Assembly (NCBI GenBank): GCA_033723415.1
Contig: JAWVXD010000003.1
Coordinates: 1-64,000, forward strand
Origin: Sulfurospirillaceae bacterium
GTDB lineage: Bacteria; Campylobacterota; Campylobacteria; Campylobacterales; Sulfurospirillaceae
Length of the DNA: 64,000 bases
Reading direction: 5' to 3'
The notes beneath the pieces were generated by a model that saw nothing but the letters and a program-made list of their open reading frames with translations, ran no database searches and was not told the DNA's origin. Of the stretch, positions 50,481 to 59,472 are shown piece by piece (within the stretch, counting starts at the first letter, position 1; every line of letters begins with the position of its first letter). The position numbers and the translations under genes were made by a program.

Positions 50481-51269
50481 TTACTTTTTATCACCCTCTA
50501 ATTTAAGAGCTTTGTTCCTTGAAACAATAGCAAGTAAGCTTAAAATGCTAATAGCTATTAATAACCAAAACCCTGTGGTTGGATACGAGTGTGTCGTAAA
50601 TTGGGCAACTTTCCCATCTCCAAAGACGGTAGGCGTAAACGGTTTGATCTTAAACGCACCCCATTCGTGCATATGATGTCCAAACCAATATAGCCAGTAT
50701 GAATAAAATCCCACGAATATGACAGGTAACGCAACAGGGATCAACATTAAAAAATTTAGTATTCTAGATTTGTATAACATAAATAAAATCATCAGTAAAG
50801 CAGTAAAAACCAGTGCATACGGAGCTAACATACGAAGATACGGAGCACCCCTATCCATAGGATCCATACCTATAAAGTGGTTGATCGTTTCCATCTCGAA
50901 AACATCACCGCTAAAACCGTCAAAATGGTAATAGACCGGAATTCCGTTTGGAAATGTTGCTTTTGGATAATTTGGAGCTTCAAGTGCAACGTACCAGATT
51001 GGTGTGGTAACTACTCCTATCTCCATATCTTCAGCTATAAGTTTTTTGAGATTATTTGCCATACTTTTAGGAGTAGTAGGACTTATATATTTACCCTTTC
51101 TGTAAAAATTCCAAACTTTTTCCGTTAGTGTTGAAATTTTGTCTCCTTTGCCTTCTTTCTTCATATCCACTACATTGTGTGTAAGTACTGCAGGTATGAC
51201 AAAAAAGTACAACAAGATTATAAGTGCCAGAAGAGAAAAAATTCTAGATTTTGTTAGAGAGCTATTCAT
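50481..51269 (-). CDS. nosB: Clade II NosB membrane protein
   Basis: WYVALEAPNYP, INHFIGM and WFGH motifs; lies between nosZ and nosD. Confidence 0.88.
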   Translation of the reverse strand: MNSSLTKSRIFSLLALIILLYFFVIPAVLTHNVVDMKKEGKGDKISTLTEKVWNFYRKGKYISPTTPKSMANNLKKLIAEDMEIGVVTTPIWYVALEAPNYPKATFPNGIPVYYHFDGFSGDVFEMETINHFIGMDPMDRGAPYLRMLAPYALVFTALLMILFMLYKSRILNFLMLIPVALPVIFVGFYSYWLYWFGHHMHEWGAFKIKPFTPTVFGDGKVAQFTTHSYPTTGFWLLIAISILSLLAIVSRNKALKLEGDKK

Positions 51270-51289
51270 TTTTTTGCCTTATTTTAAAT

Positions 51290-51352
51290 TTTTATTTTAA
51301 CTTTGAACACATTATATATGCAAAGTTAAAATAAAACAATGATATAAATCAA
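51290..51352 (-). promoter_or_regulatory. Internal nosB promoter: Crp/Fnr-type box TTGAT-TTAT-ATCAT (51352-51339) and -10 TATAAT (51316-51311) inside a 16-bp inverted repeat
   Basis: Box centre about 41.5 nt upstream of the inferred start site; arms TTTTATTTTAACTTTG (51290-51305) and CAAAGTTAAAATAAAA (51321-51336). Confidence 0.7.
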
Positions 51353-51358
51353 GTATAT

Positions 51359-51391
51359 AAGGTGTCAAGATCGTTAAAATCTTGACACCTT
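51359..51391 (-). terminator. Terminator or stabilising hairpin after nosZ
   Basis: AAGGTGTCAAGAT/ATCTTGACACCTT perfect 13-bp stem. Confidence 0.8.
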
Positions 51392-51404
51392 GCTTTGGAT
51401 TTGA

Positions 51405-54005
51405 TTAAAACAAGTTTGCGTTTTTATCTATCCATTTTAGATATTCAATGATATCATCAACTTGATTAGGCTTCATTCCTTGGTTTGGCATTCTTAGGTT
51501 AAAATAGTTTGTCATTGATTTGATGTAATCGTTATTATACATCTTCTCAGGATGTAAAATCCATTCTTTAACCCAGTGTTCACCGTTTTCATGTCTTCCT
51601 AAAACTCCGACAAGGTCAGGACCTGAGCTAACCTTACCTATAACATGACAACCGTTACAACCACCTTCAAGATATGCGGCATGTCCTCTTTGTGCTGCTG
51701 CACTCATAGGAGTCGCAATCTTTTTAACAAGTAGATCTTTAGCACGAATTCCAACATCTGCAGTTTTTACCATATATTGCCAGATCATATTTTCAAATAA
51801 GATCGCTTTGTTTACATCACCTGCTTTCATTGCTTGATCTGCAAGTTTCTTTTGTGCAGGGATCTTACCGTACTGATCTAATGCATCTGTAGCTAGATGT
51901 TTTACAGTAGGAAATCTTTCGTAATGATTGTCTTTCAAAAATTTCACAACACTTTGGATTACGGCATCAGTAGCTTTATTTGTAGCAACAGTTTTGTCAT
52001 ACTCTGCTTTAAGCTCTTTTGGATTCATTTTTGCCATTTTTAGCTTATGTGCAGAAGTATACTTTTTGTTTGGATCTTTCACTAGAAGATATCCCATCAT
52101 CTCTAAGTGCAGAGCAGAACAGAATTCAGTACAATAGTACGGGAATACTCCCTCTCGATCAGCCTTGAATGTTAATGCAACAGTCTTACCAGGTTCAAGA
52201 GAAGCGTGTACATTGTAATCATCAACCGTAAAGCCGTGAGTTTCATCTTCAGCTCTTTCTAAATTCGTTAGATAAAAAGTGACTGTGTCACCTAAATTAA
52301 CAGTTACGTGTTCAGGATTTATGTGAGATCTAACCATAGTTCCATAAACATAAACATGATTTCCTTTTCTAACTATTCTCTCTTGTCCTGCTAGGGTTTT
52401 ACCTATATGAGTTTTGCCTGTAAAAGGATTTGTTCCCATTGGATATCTAACCCACGGTTGCAATTTGCTAGCTCTTATAGCTACGGCTTGATGAGGTTCA
52501 CCTAAAGGAATCGGCATATCATAAAGAAGCTGCATTTTCTTGCCTCTTATGTCAATTAACTGATGATTTTGTGGATGCAATGGTCCGATTTCGTCAAATC
52601 TGTCTATCGCAAGTTTATTCAAAGCTATGATATAGTCGCCCTGTGGGTCTTCGGTTTTACCTTCCATACCACAAAGATGTCCGATATTGTAGCTAACGTT
52701 TTGTCTATCTGATACTTTACAAGTCAAATAGTTCCATCTTACGACTTGAGAATCAACATACAGTGAAGTATAGATCTCACCGTTTTTCCATTTTTTACCA
52801 TATTGATTATGCAATGGTCCAAGTCCCAACTCTGCTTGACAATGCATAGCCTTTTTCATATCAATTATCGGAATACCGAATGGATCTTTTCCGACAAAAT
52901 CTTTATTGTCTATTAACTTTTTGATCTTTTTCCAGCTGTATACCGTGTCGTGAGTATCTAGCTTACCACATACTACGATATATTTTCCATCAGGAGATAC
53001 ATCCACGCCATGAGGAGATTTTGGCTCCGGAATCAAAAATAGATCGTTGTGTGCAACTGCCACACTGATCGGTATGACTTTCATACCATTGATCATTTTA
53101 TAATTTTTAGGATCTTTTGCCAATCTAGCTAGATCTTTCCAATTGTAAACATGCATAAAGTCCGTATCGTTACGACTCATACCGGCTTCCATAGGAGGGA
53201 GACCTTTTTCGATACCGCCTGTGTACATTTCAGAGTTAAAACTGTTTGTAAAACCCCAACCTGCACTGGCTTCCTTACCTGAATCACTAAGATCTTGCAT
53301 GTAAGGAGGCATCTCAATAGTAAAAGATTTTTTAGGCTCTATTCTTCCTATCTTTGGATCAAATTTCCAAACGGTTACACCGCCTCTATATGTTTCTGCA
53401 TATTCACTTATAGGATGGTAGTTATTGTCAAATGGAGCTGCATATTGACAAGCAGATAAGATATGCTGACTGTTTGGTGTAAAAAATGCACCGCCATGTT
53501 CACTTTTAAACAAAGGATTAACAACTATTTGTTTTGTTACGAAATCCTTTAAATCAATAACTGCAAGTCTTGGATTTGCTTTGTCATTAATAACAAGCCA
53601 CTTACCGTCATACCTTCCATTTTTTTCTGAGAGTGCAGGGTGATGTGTATCTCCCCAAGTGATCTTCTTACCTCGTATATTGCCCTCAGCCAATACTTTT
53701 TTGGTATCATCGTCATATCCCCAGCCTTGCCAAGGTTCAGGAGTAAAAACACCTATGTACTTTAGTATTCTCATTGATGGAACACCATATACTATAACCT
53801 GTCCAGATTGCCCCCCTGAACTGAAAACTACGTATTTATCCCTGCCGCCACTTGGGGTATAAGTCTTTGCTGCGGCAAGTAAATCTTGTTGAGATAGTCC
53901 TCTTTCTTTCATCACCTTAGCTAGTTCAGTTGCTCCGTTGGCAAATGTTGTCAACATCGCTGCCACTGCAATAGCAGATGAAATTTTTGTGACTATACTT
54001 TTCAT
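51405..54005 (-). CDS. nosZ: Clade II (Sec-dependent) nitrous-oxide reductase with C-terminal cytochrome c domain (cNosZ)
   Basis: CuZ His motifs DTHH, EHG, SPHG, GPLH, IGH and EPH; CuA motif CTEFCSALHLEM; C-terminal CNGCH; Sec signal without twin Arg. Confidence 0.98.
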   Translation of the reverse strand: MKSIVTKISSAIAVAAMLTTFANGATELAKVMKERGLSQQDLLAAAKTYTPSGGRDKYVVFSSGGQSGQVIVYGVPSMRILKYIGVFTPEPWQGWGYDDDTKKVLAEGNIRGKKITWGDTHHPALSEKNGRYDGKWLVINDKANPRLAVIDLKDFVTKQIVVNPLFKSEHGGAFFTPNSQHILSACQYAAPFDNNYHPISEYAETYRGGVTVWKFDPKIGRIEPKKSFTIEMPPYMQDLSDSGKEASAGWGFTNSFNSEMYTGGIEKGLPPMEAGMSRNDTDFMHVYNWKDLARLAKDPKNYKMINGMKVIPISVAVAHNDLFLIPEPKSPHGVDVSPDGKYIVVCGKLDTHDTVYSWKKIKKLIDNKDFVGKDPFGIPIIDMKKAMHCQAELGLGPLHNQYGKKWKNGEIYTSLYVDSQVVRWNYLTCKVSDRQNVSYNIGHLCGMEGKTEDPQGDYIIALNKLAIDRFDEIGPLHPQNHQLIDIRGKKMQLLYDMPIPLGEPHQAVAIRASKLQPWVRYPMGTNPFTGKTHIGKTLAGQERIVRKGNHVYVYGTMVRSHINPEHVTVNLGDTVTFYLTNLERAEDETHGFTVDDYNVHASLEPGKTVALTFKADREGVFPYYCTEFCSALHLEMMGYLLVKDPNKKYTSAHKLKMAKMNPKELKAEYDKTVATNKATDAVIQSVVKFLKDNHYERFPTVKHLATDALDQYGKIPAQKKLADQAMKAGDVNKAILFENMIWQYMVKTADVGIRAKDLLVKKIATPMSAAAQRGHAAYLEGGCNGCHVIGKVSSGPDLVGVLGRHENGEHWVKEWILHPEKMYNNDYIKSMTNYFNLRMPNQGMKPNQVDDIIEYLKWIDKNANLF

Positions 54006-54060
54006 TGCGCATCCTCCTTATGAATTTTACAATCAAAATTATCAAACTTGTTGAACGAAA

Positions 54061-54102
54061 ACTATAACACGATAATTTTCGCATCACCTTGACCTCTGTC
54101 AA
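54061..54102 (-). promoter_or_regulatory. nosZ promoter: palindrome TTGAC-N4-GTCAA (54089-54102) plus extended -10 TGTTATAGT (54069-54061)
   Basis: Perfect 5-bp arms; centre about -41.5, class II Crp/Fnr geometry. Confidence 0.8.
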
Positions 54103-54122
54103 TAGACAAAAATCTATGTCAT

Positions 54123-54220
54123 TTAACATTAAATTAACACTTTGAAGAAATTTTACATTAGATTGAGTCTCTTTTTGGTCTCTTAAACCCATTTTGCAAA
54201 AAAGAAACCGAAAAGAGACT
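54123..54220. promoter_or_regulatory. 11-bp-period direct repeats upstream of nosZ (TTAACA-N5-TTAACA and two inverted GTCTCTT-N4-GT(C/T)TCTT pairs)
   Basis: TTAACA at 54123 and 54134; GTCTCTT at 54167 and 54178 with a mirror pair at 54202-54219. Confidence 0.55.
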
Positions 54221-54270
54221 TTTATAATAAAGATTTTGTAACTTTATTATACTGTTAAGAAGTTTTTATG

Positions 54271-54957
54271 TTAGTCGATCATATAACCTAGTTTGTTCAT
54301 AGTCTTTATATGGTCTGTTCCTAGTTTTTTTCTAAGTTTGAAAACAAGATTTTTAAGAGCACTTGGAGGAGCCTCTTCATATATATACAACTTGTCTTCT
54401 ATGGATTGTTTTGTTACCAAATTGCCGCGATGTGCCAGAAGAATTTCAAAAAACTCTATCTCTTTGTGAGTGAGAGTTATATCTGCATCTTTGTGTTTGA
54501 AAATTTTGTTGTTATAATCATAAGAACTATCCTTATCTAAGTTGATTATATTCTCAGATTTTTCTAGTAAGATTTTGGCGCATTCTTCAAGAAGTCTGCT
54601 TAGGTCACTCCCTTTGATAGGTTTGATTATATATTCTATTAGCGAAAGTTTTATGGCTTCAAGTAAGATATCCTGATCAGCAAACGCACTCGTCACAATG
54701 ATAGGTAGTTCAGAGTTTACTGCCCGAATCTTTTTTATAAGCTCAAGACCGTTTAGCTTTGGCATTCTTATATCAGTAATAATAATATCAGGAGTTAATT
54801 TGTGATACATTTCATATGCTTTCAATCCATCATCGGCTTCATAAACTTTATCCACATATAGAAGTAATACTTTTTTGAAGCTCTCTCGTACATTCTTGTC
54901 ATCTTCAGCCAAAAGAATAGAACTTTTACTTAGAAGAATTTCATATGTTTCTTTCAT
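54271..54957 (-). CDS. OmpR-family response regulator
   Basis: AEDD, TDIRMP (phospho-Asp), KP and C-terminal winged helix (KLRKKL, GY). Confidence 0.93.
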   Translation of the reverse strand: MKETYEILLSKSSILLAEDDKNVRESFKKVLLLYVDKVYEADDGLKAYEMYHKLTPDIIITDIRMPKLNGLELIKKIRAVNSELPIIVTSAFADQDILLEAIKLSLIEYIIKPIKGSDLSRLLEECAKILLEKSENIINLDKDSSYDYNNKIFKHKDADITLTHKEIEFFEILLAHRGNLVTKQSIEDKLYIYEEAPPSALKNLVFKLRKKLGTDHIKTMNKLGYMID

Positions 54958-55044
54958 CTTACCTCTTCATCATAGTACTGATCATTTTTAATTATATCAT
55001 AAATAATGCTATAATTTTTCACAATTTTTAAGAGGGATTTATGA

Positions 55045-56682
55045 ATGCTTAAAGCATCTAGCTTTACAAAACGATACGTTTTGGCTCTTAGTATAACAGC
55101 AACTTTGTCTACTTTGGCATATTATAATCTTGATAGATTGATCAGTATTCAATCAGATAATTCAAGGTTGATAAGCATAAGCAGCAGACAAAAGATACTT
55201 GCTCAACAGATAGCTTTTCATGCTATATACTATAAGATAAAAAATCTCAAACATAATATAAGATTAATGGAAAGTTCACATAAATTATTGATTTCGTCTC
55301 CTATGTCTCCAAGTCTAAAAAAAGCTTATTTTGGACAACCTATGATGTTAAATTTGAAAGTTAAACAGTATATAGAAAATGCCAAAAGTTTTGATGAAAA
55401 AAGAGACGGCAAAAGTTTGACATATCTTTTAAAACATTCAAATCCATTACTCTTAGATCTGGATGAAGCTGTCTCTTTATATCTAGTACAATCAAAAGAA
55501 GATACAAAAAAACTGAAAGAGTTTGAACTTTATATATTTATTTTGACATTATTGACTCTGTTTTTTGAAGCAGTGTTGATCTTTAGACCTGCAAATAAAA
55601 ATATTATAAAGAAAACCCAAGAATTAACAGATGAAAAAGATTATTCAAATGCCGTTATAGAATCAAGTACAAATGCGATTATTACTCTTGATAAAGACCT
55701 AAAAATTCGTACATATAATAAGATGGCAGAGACGATCTTTGGATATACAAAAGCTGACATGTTAAATCAGTCTGCATTTGGAGAAATAGTTCCAAAACAA
55801 TATGAAATTTTATCAAAAGAAGGTGTTACTTCATTTTTAAAGACTTTAAAGCTCGATACTTCTACTGAAGCGTTGGAGTTGGAAGGTGTAAATAAACTCG
55901 GACAAAAATTTCCGATAAGGATCTCTTTTGGAACAAGTGGAGAAAATGATACCATCGCCATAGTCGCAAATATACAAGATATTTCAAAAGAGAAGTTAAA
56001 GGACAAGATACTTCAACATCAAGCAAAATTTGCAGCACTTGGAGAGATGATCGCTATAATAGCTCATCAATGGAGACAACCGTTGGCAGAACTTAATTTT
56101 AATTGTATGTATATAAAAAAGAAACTAAAAGATCCGGAACTTGCCAAAGAAGCACAAAAGAATGAAGACATAATCCAGTTCATGTCAGAAACGATCACAA
56201 ACTTTGAAGATTTTTATAAAAATACGGATAATACGATCTTCAACCCGATTGTTTCTATAAATCAGGCATTGAATATACTTGACTCAGTTCTAAAGTTAAA
56301 TCAAATCAAACTTGTAAAAAAGATAGATTCCAAGATTGCTATATTTGGAAATTCAAATACTTTGGCTCAAGTCATATTGTCAATAATCCAAAATGCCGTA
56401 GATATTATTAAGTCAAGAAAGATAGCAAACCCAACTATAACTATTTCTTTAAAGGATACTAAAAAACATATAGTTTTAAGTATTAGAGATAATGCAGGAG
56501 GTATCGAATCTTTGCCGATTGATGATATTTTTATGCCGTTTAACAGTAAAAAACAAATCCCATCAACGGGAATTGGACTTTATATGTCAAGGATGGTAAT
56601 AGAAAATAAATTTCATGGCTCAATAAAAGCCGGAAATGTAGAAGATGGTGCTATTTTTGCGATATTGCTTCCACATCAGTGA
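55045..56682 (+). CDS. Sensor histidine kinase with NarX/PilJ-like periplasmic domain and PAS domain
   Basis: Two TM, P-box-like ISISSRQKILAQ, PAS (YNKMAETIFGY), AHQWRQPL H-box, DNAGG and GIGL. Confidence 0.9.
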   Translation: MLKASSFTKRYVLALSITATLSTLAYYNLDRLISIQSDNSRLISISSRQKILAQQIAFHAIYYKIKNLKHNIRLMESSHKLLISSPMSPSLKKAYFGQPMMLNLKVKQYIENAKSFDEKRDGKSLTYLLKHSNPLLLDLDEAVSLYLVQSKEDTKKLKEFELYIFILTLLTLFFEAVLIFRPANKNIIKKTQELTDEKDYSNAVIESSTNAIITLDKDLKIRTYNKMAETIFGYTKADMLNQSAFGEIVPKQYEILSKEGVTSFLKTLKLDTSTEALELEGVNKLGQKFPIRISFGTSGENDTIAIVANIQDISKEKLKDKILQHQAKFAALGEMIAIIAHQWRQPLAELNFNCMYIKKKLKDPELAKEAQKNEDIIQFMSETITNFEDFYKNTDNTIFNPIVSINQALNILDSVLKLNQIKLVKKIDSKIAIFGNSNTLAQVILSIIQNAVDIIKSRKIANPTITISLKDTKKHIVLSIRDNAGGIESLPIDDIFMPFNSKKQIPSTGIGLYMSRMVIENKFHGSIKAGNVEDGAIFAILLPHQ

Positions 56683-57800
56683 TCGTCTAGATCGTAAACT
56701 TCCCTTTTTTTTATCTCTTTAAAATTTAAAACCTTTGTCCCTTTATGATCAAGTTTGAAATTTTCTGCATCATTTTTGTTTGAAAAAGGGATAAGTTCAT
56801 GTCCCATAGGACCGTAAATATTGCTTCCTTCTACAAAATAAGCATCTCTTGCCTCTATAGCCTTTTGTGAGTAATAATCCGTAACTAACATTTTTGTTAT
56901 ACTATTTTTATTGATAAAATCGTACTTTCCCCATTTTGTTGGATCAAAGTAAAATTTCATCATATCTTTGACCCCGTCAAATGAAAGATGATGCTCATGA
57001 CCTTCGTATTTAAAAAAGATTTGAGCAGCCCATCTTGGATATTTATAAGTAAACATACCACATACCGGGCATTTTTCATCTTTTTTTACTATAACTCTTT
57101 CATTATCGGCTCTATATTCTCCATCTCTTTTAACATCCCATAGATAAAGAGACAAAGCTTGTAAATATCTCTCATTTAATTTACCGCATAAATTTTTATC
57201 GGAAATTTCTTTTTTTAGATCGTTTATTTCTATAAAGTCATTGGGATCTATTTTTTTGCACTTTTTTAGATATATGCGTTTTCCCATATTATAGTTTTTT
57301 TTCTTATATATGTTATGCATATAAGCAATACTGGATTTTAAATTTTTTTCTACAGTGCTCAAAGCTTGATTAAAAGATAAAATTTTGCCATCATATTTTT
57401 TTGCGTAGATTAGTGCGTCATTTTTATGTTCAAAAGCAAGAACTCCTATCTTCCCGAATGTCGGCGCTATATTGGAATTTACCAAATAAAATGCATTCTT
57501 AGCATTAATATATTTTTGACTTACCACATCTAAAGCCTTTATATAAGTTTTATCTATCCCGTTCCTTTGATTATCAATAGCAAGAGCAGTTAGAGAAGAG
57601 TATTGTCTAAAGTTCTGGTTTGATTTTAACTTTGAGATAAAAGAAGTTTTGTAGTAATCAATTATACTTTGTCCGGTTATCGGGCACCATCTATTTTGAT
57701 CTTTTTGAACCAAGACCACCTTGGTTGTTGCGTGTTTTATAAATTGTGCGAATAGACTAGGAGAGAGTAAAAGCAAAGTGATTAGTATAATTTTTTTCAT
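56676..57800 (-). CDS. Two-domain NosL-family protein
   Basis: Signal peptide; degenerate N-domain (CPITGQ); C-domain with CPVCGM, FDGVKDM and GPMGHELIPF. Confidence 0.8.
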   Translation of the reverse strand: MKKIILITLLLLSPSLFAQFIKHATTKVVLVQKDQNRWCPITGQSIIDYYKTSFISKLKSNQNFRQYSSLTALAIDNQRNGIDKTYIKALDVVSQKYINAKNAFYLVNSNIAPTFGKIGVLAFEHKNDALIYAKKYDGKILSFNQALSTVEKNLKSSIAYMHNIYKKKNYNMGKRIYLKKCKKIDPNDFIEINDLKKEISDKNLCGKLNERYLQALSLYLWDVKRDGEYRADNERVIVKKDEKCPVCGMFTYKYPRWAAQIFFKYEGHEHHLSFDGVKDMMKFYFDPTKWGKYDFINKNSITKMLVTDYYSQKAIEARDAYFVEGSNIYGPMGHELIPFSNKNDAENFKLDHKGTKVLNFKEIKKREVYDLDDH

Positions 57801-57831
57801 TATAGAGACCTTATTTTTATCGGTGAATGAA

Positions 57832-57895
57832 ATTTTATCAATAGTTTGTTAAATTTGTGTTGATTAACACTAATTTAACAAACTTGTTTTATAAT
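57832..57895. promoter_or_regulatory. Mirror-image divergent promoters built on a 42-bp imperfect palindrome
   Basis: 57843-57884 palindrome; each arm is T(T/C)AACA-N5-TTAACA, followed 9 nt later by TATAAT (+, 57890) or TAAAAT (-, 57837). Confidence 0.75.
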
Positions 57896-57923
57896 TTCCA
57901 AAATTTGAACCAAGGAGCAGGTT

Positions 57924-58625
57924 ATGAAAAAGATAATATTATCTTTATTGGTATTTTCACTTATGCTAGTTGCAGGTGATAGTATGAAATCTTCAAAAAA
58001 CATGGGTGATTATAGGGCAGTATCTCCTTCCCATGCACAGATTGAACAAAGTGGAAAGGCAAAAATGTTTTGCCAAGTTTGCGGTATGACACTTCCTATG
58101 TTTTATAGAACAAATCATACTGCTGTAGTAAACGGCAAAGTTCATCAATATTGTTCTATACATTGTATGGTCGAAGAAGCTGTGAAAAATGGCAAAGAAG
58201 TTCTTGATCCGAGAGTTGTAGATAATACAACTTTAAAATTTATTGATGCTAACAAAGCTTATTATGTAGTAGGTTCTAAAAAACCTGCGACTATGTCAAT
58301 GGTAAGTAAGTATGCTTTTGGTACAAAAAAAGCTGCGTTAGAATTTTCTAAAAAATTCGGCGGCAAGATCATGACATATGCAAAAGTTTATAAGATGGTA
58401 AAAGCGAATCTCAAAAAAGAGATGATGGGCATCAAGAAAAAACAGGCGAAGATGGCAAAAATGGGCATGATGATTTATAATAAAATGTGTAAAAAAACTG
58501 ACAAAAGATTTTCAACACCTGCTCTTGCGAAAGTATTTATCCAAGAAAATCATCTTTGCGGTAAGATAAAAGGTAAAAAATTTCAAGCGGTTGCATTGTT
58601 TCTATCTAATAAAGACAATAAATAA
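57924..58625 (+). CDS. NosL-family protein, Met-rich
   Basis: Signal peptide; CQVCGM, YCSIHC, YVVGS..PATMS..SKYAF and FGGK motifs. Confidence 0.8.
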   Translation: MKKIILSLLVFSLMLVAGDSMKSSKNMGDYRAVSPSHAQIEQSGKAKMFCQVCGMTLPMFYRTNHTAVVNGKVHQYCSIHCMVEEAVKNGKEVLDPRVVDNTTLKFIDANKAYYVVGSKKPATMSMVSKYAFGTKKAALEFSKKFGGKIMTYAKVYKMVKANLKKEMMGIKKKQAKMAKMGMMIYNKMCKKTDKRFSTPALAKVFIQENHLCGKIKGKKFQAVALFLSNKDNK

Positions 58626-58647
58626 GATTTTCTGTAAATCCTCCTTA

Positions 58648-59280
58648 TTAAAGAATATCTTGTAAATAGTCACGGAGTTTGTCGATATTTTGTATTTTTA
58701 TTTTTGCGGTATCACTTGTACCATAACCCCAATCTGCAAATAAAAACTCTATGTCGGCATTCTTTGCGGCTAGTTCATCTTTGATGCTGTCCCCGATTAC
58801 AATCGACTGTTTTGTATCAATGGAGCTATTTTCTATTATGTGATGAAACATATCAGGTTCAGGCTTCCTATTTTTTACGTTATTCGCCCCGACTATAAAA
58901 TCAAAATAATCTAACATATCGCAATTTGCCAACATATGCTTCGCAAAAAAATCAGATGCGTTTGTTGCTATACTTAATGTAATATTTTTGTTCTTTAAGA
59001 ATTGAAGCAGTTCACGTGCTCCAACATAAGGCTGAACATATAAGTTACTATTTTGTATATAATGCTTGCGAAATAGTTCATGATGAGCCTGTGTGTATTC
59101 TTTTACTCCATAAAATTTCATAGGCAAATCTATATCAGGTTGATTTATATGAAATTCTAGATACTCTTTGGAAATAGGTTCTAAGCCTAAAGATTCTCTT
59201 ATGTGATTTACCGTGCAGGTCATAGCAAAACTTGAATCAAGCAAAGTTCCATCCATGTCAAAAATTATTGATCTTATCAT
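58648..59280 (-). CDS. HAD-family hydrolase (phosphoglycolate phosphatase-like)
   Basis: FDMDGTL, ATN, KPEP and GDSIKD motifs. Confidence 0.9.
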   Translation of the reverse strand: MIRSIIFDMDGTLLDSSFAMTCTVNHIRESLGLEPISKEYLEFHINQPDIDLPMKFYGVKEYTQAHHELFRKHYIQNSNLYVQPYVGARELLQFLKNKNITLSIATNASDFFAKHMLANCDMLDYFDFIVGANNVKNRKPEPDMFHHIIENSSIDTKQSIVIGDSIKDELAAKNADIEFLFADWGYGTSDTAKIKIQNIDKLRDYLQDIL

Positions 59281-59472
59281 TAAATTGCTCCATTATCTTT
59301 ATATTGTTATTATTGAAAAATAAAGATGTTCTAATGATAGTAAAATTTATATAATATTCTACTATAATGGTCGTTCATATTCATATTAAGATTTAAATAA
59401 GTTTAAATAATATTTATATTTTATTTAAATTTTAATATTACAATTTCATCTATCAAACAAGGAGAAAAAGCT

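Noticed and set aside
53926..54192. 88-aa ORF overlapping the nosZ start
   Set aside because: Runs through promoter elements in another frame; no recognisable motif
59281..59472. Possible Fur box or ATTTAAATAA inverted repeats
   Set aside because: Extremely AT-rich; matches are indistinguishable from chance
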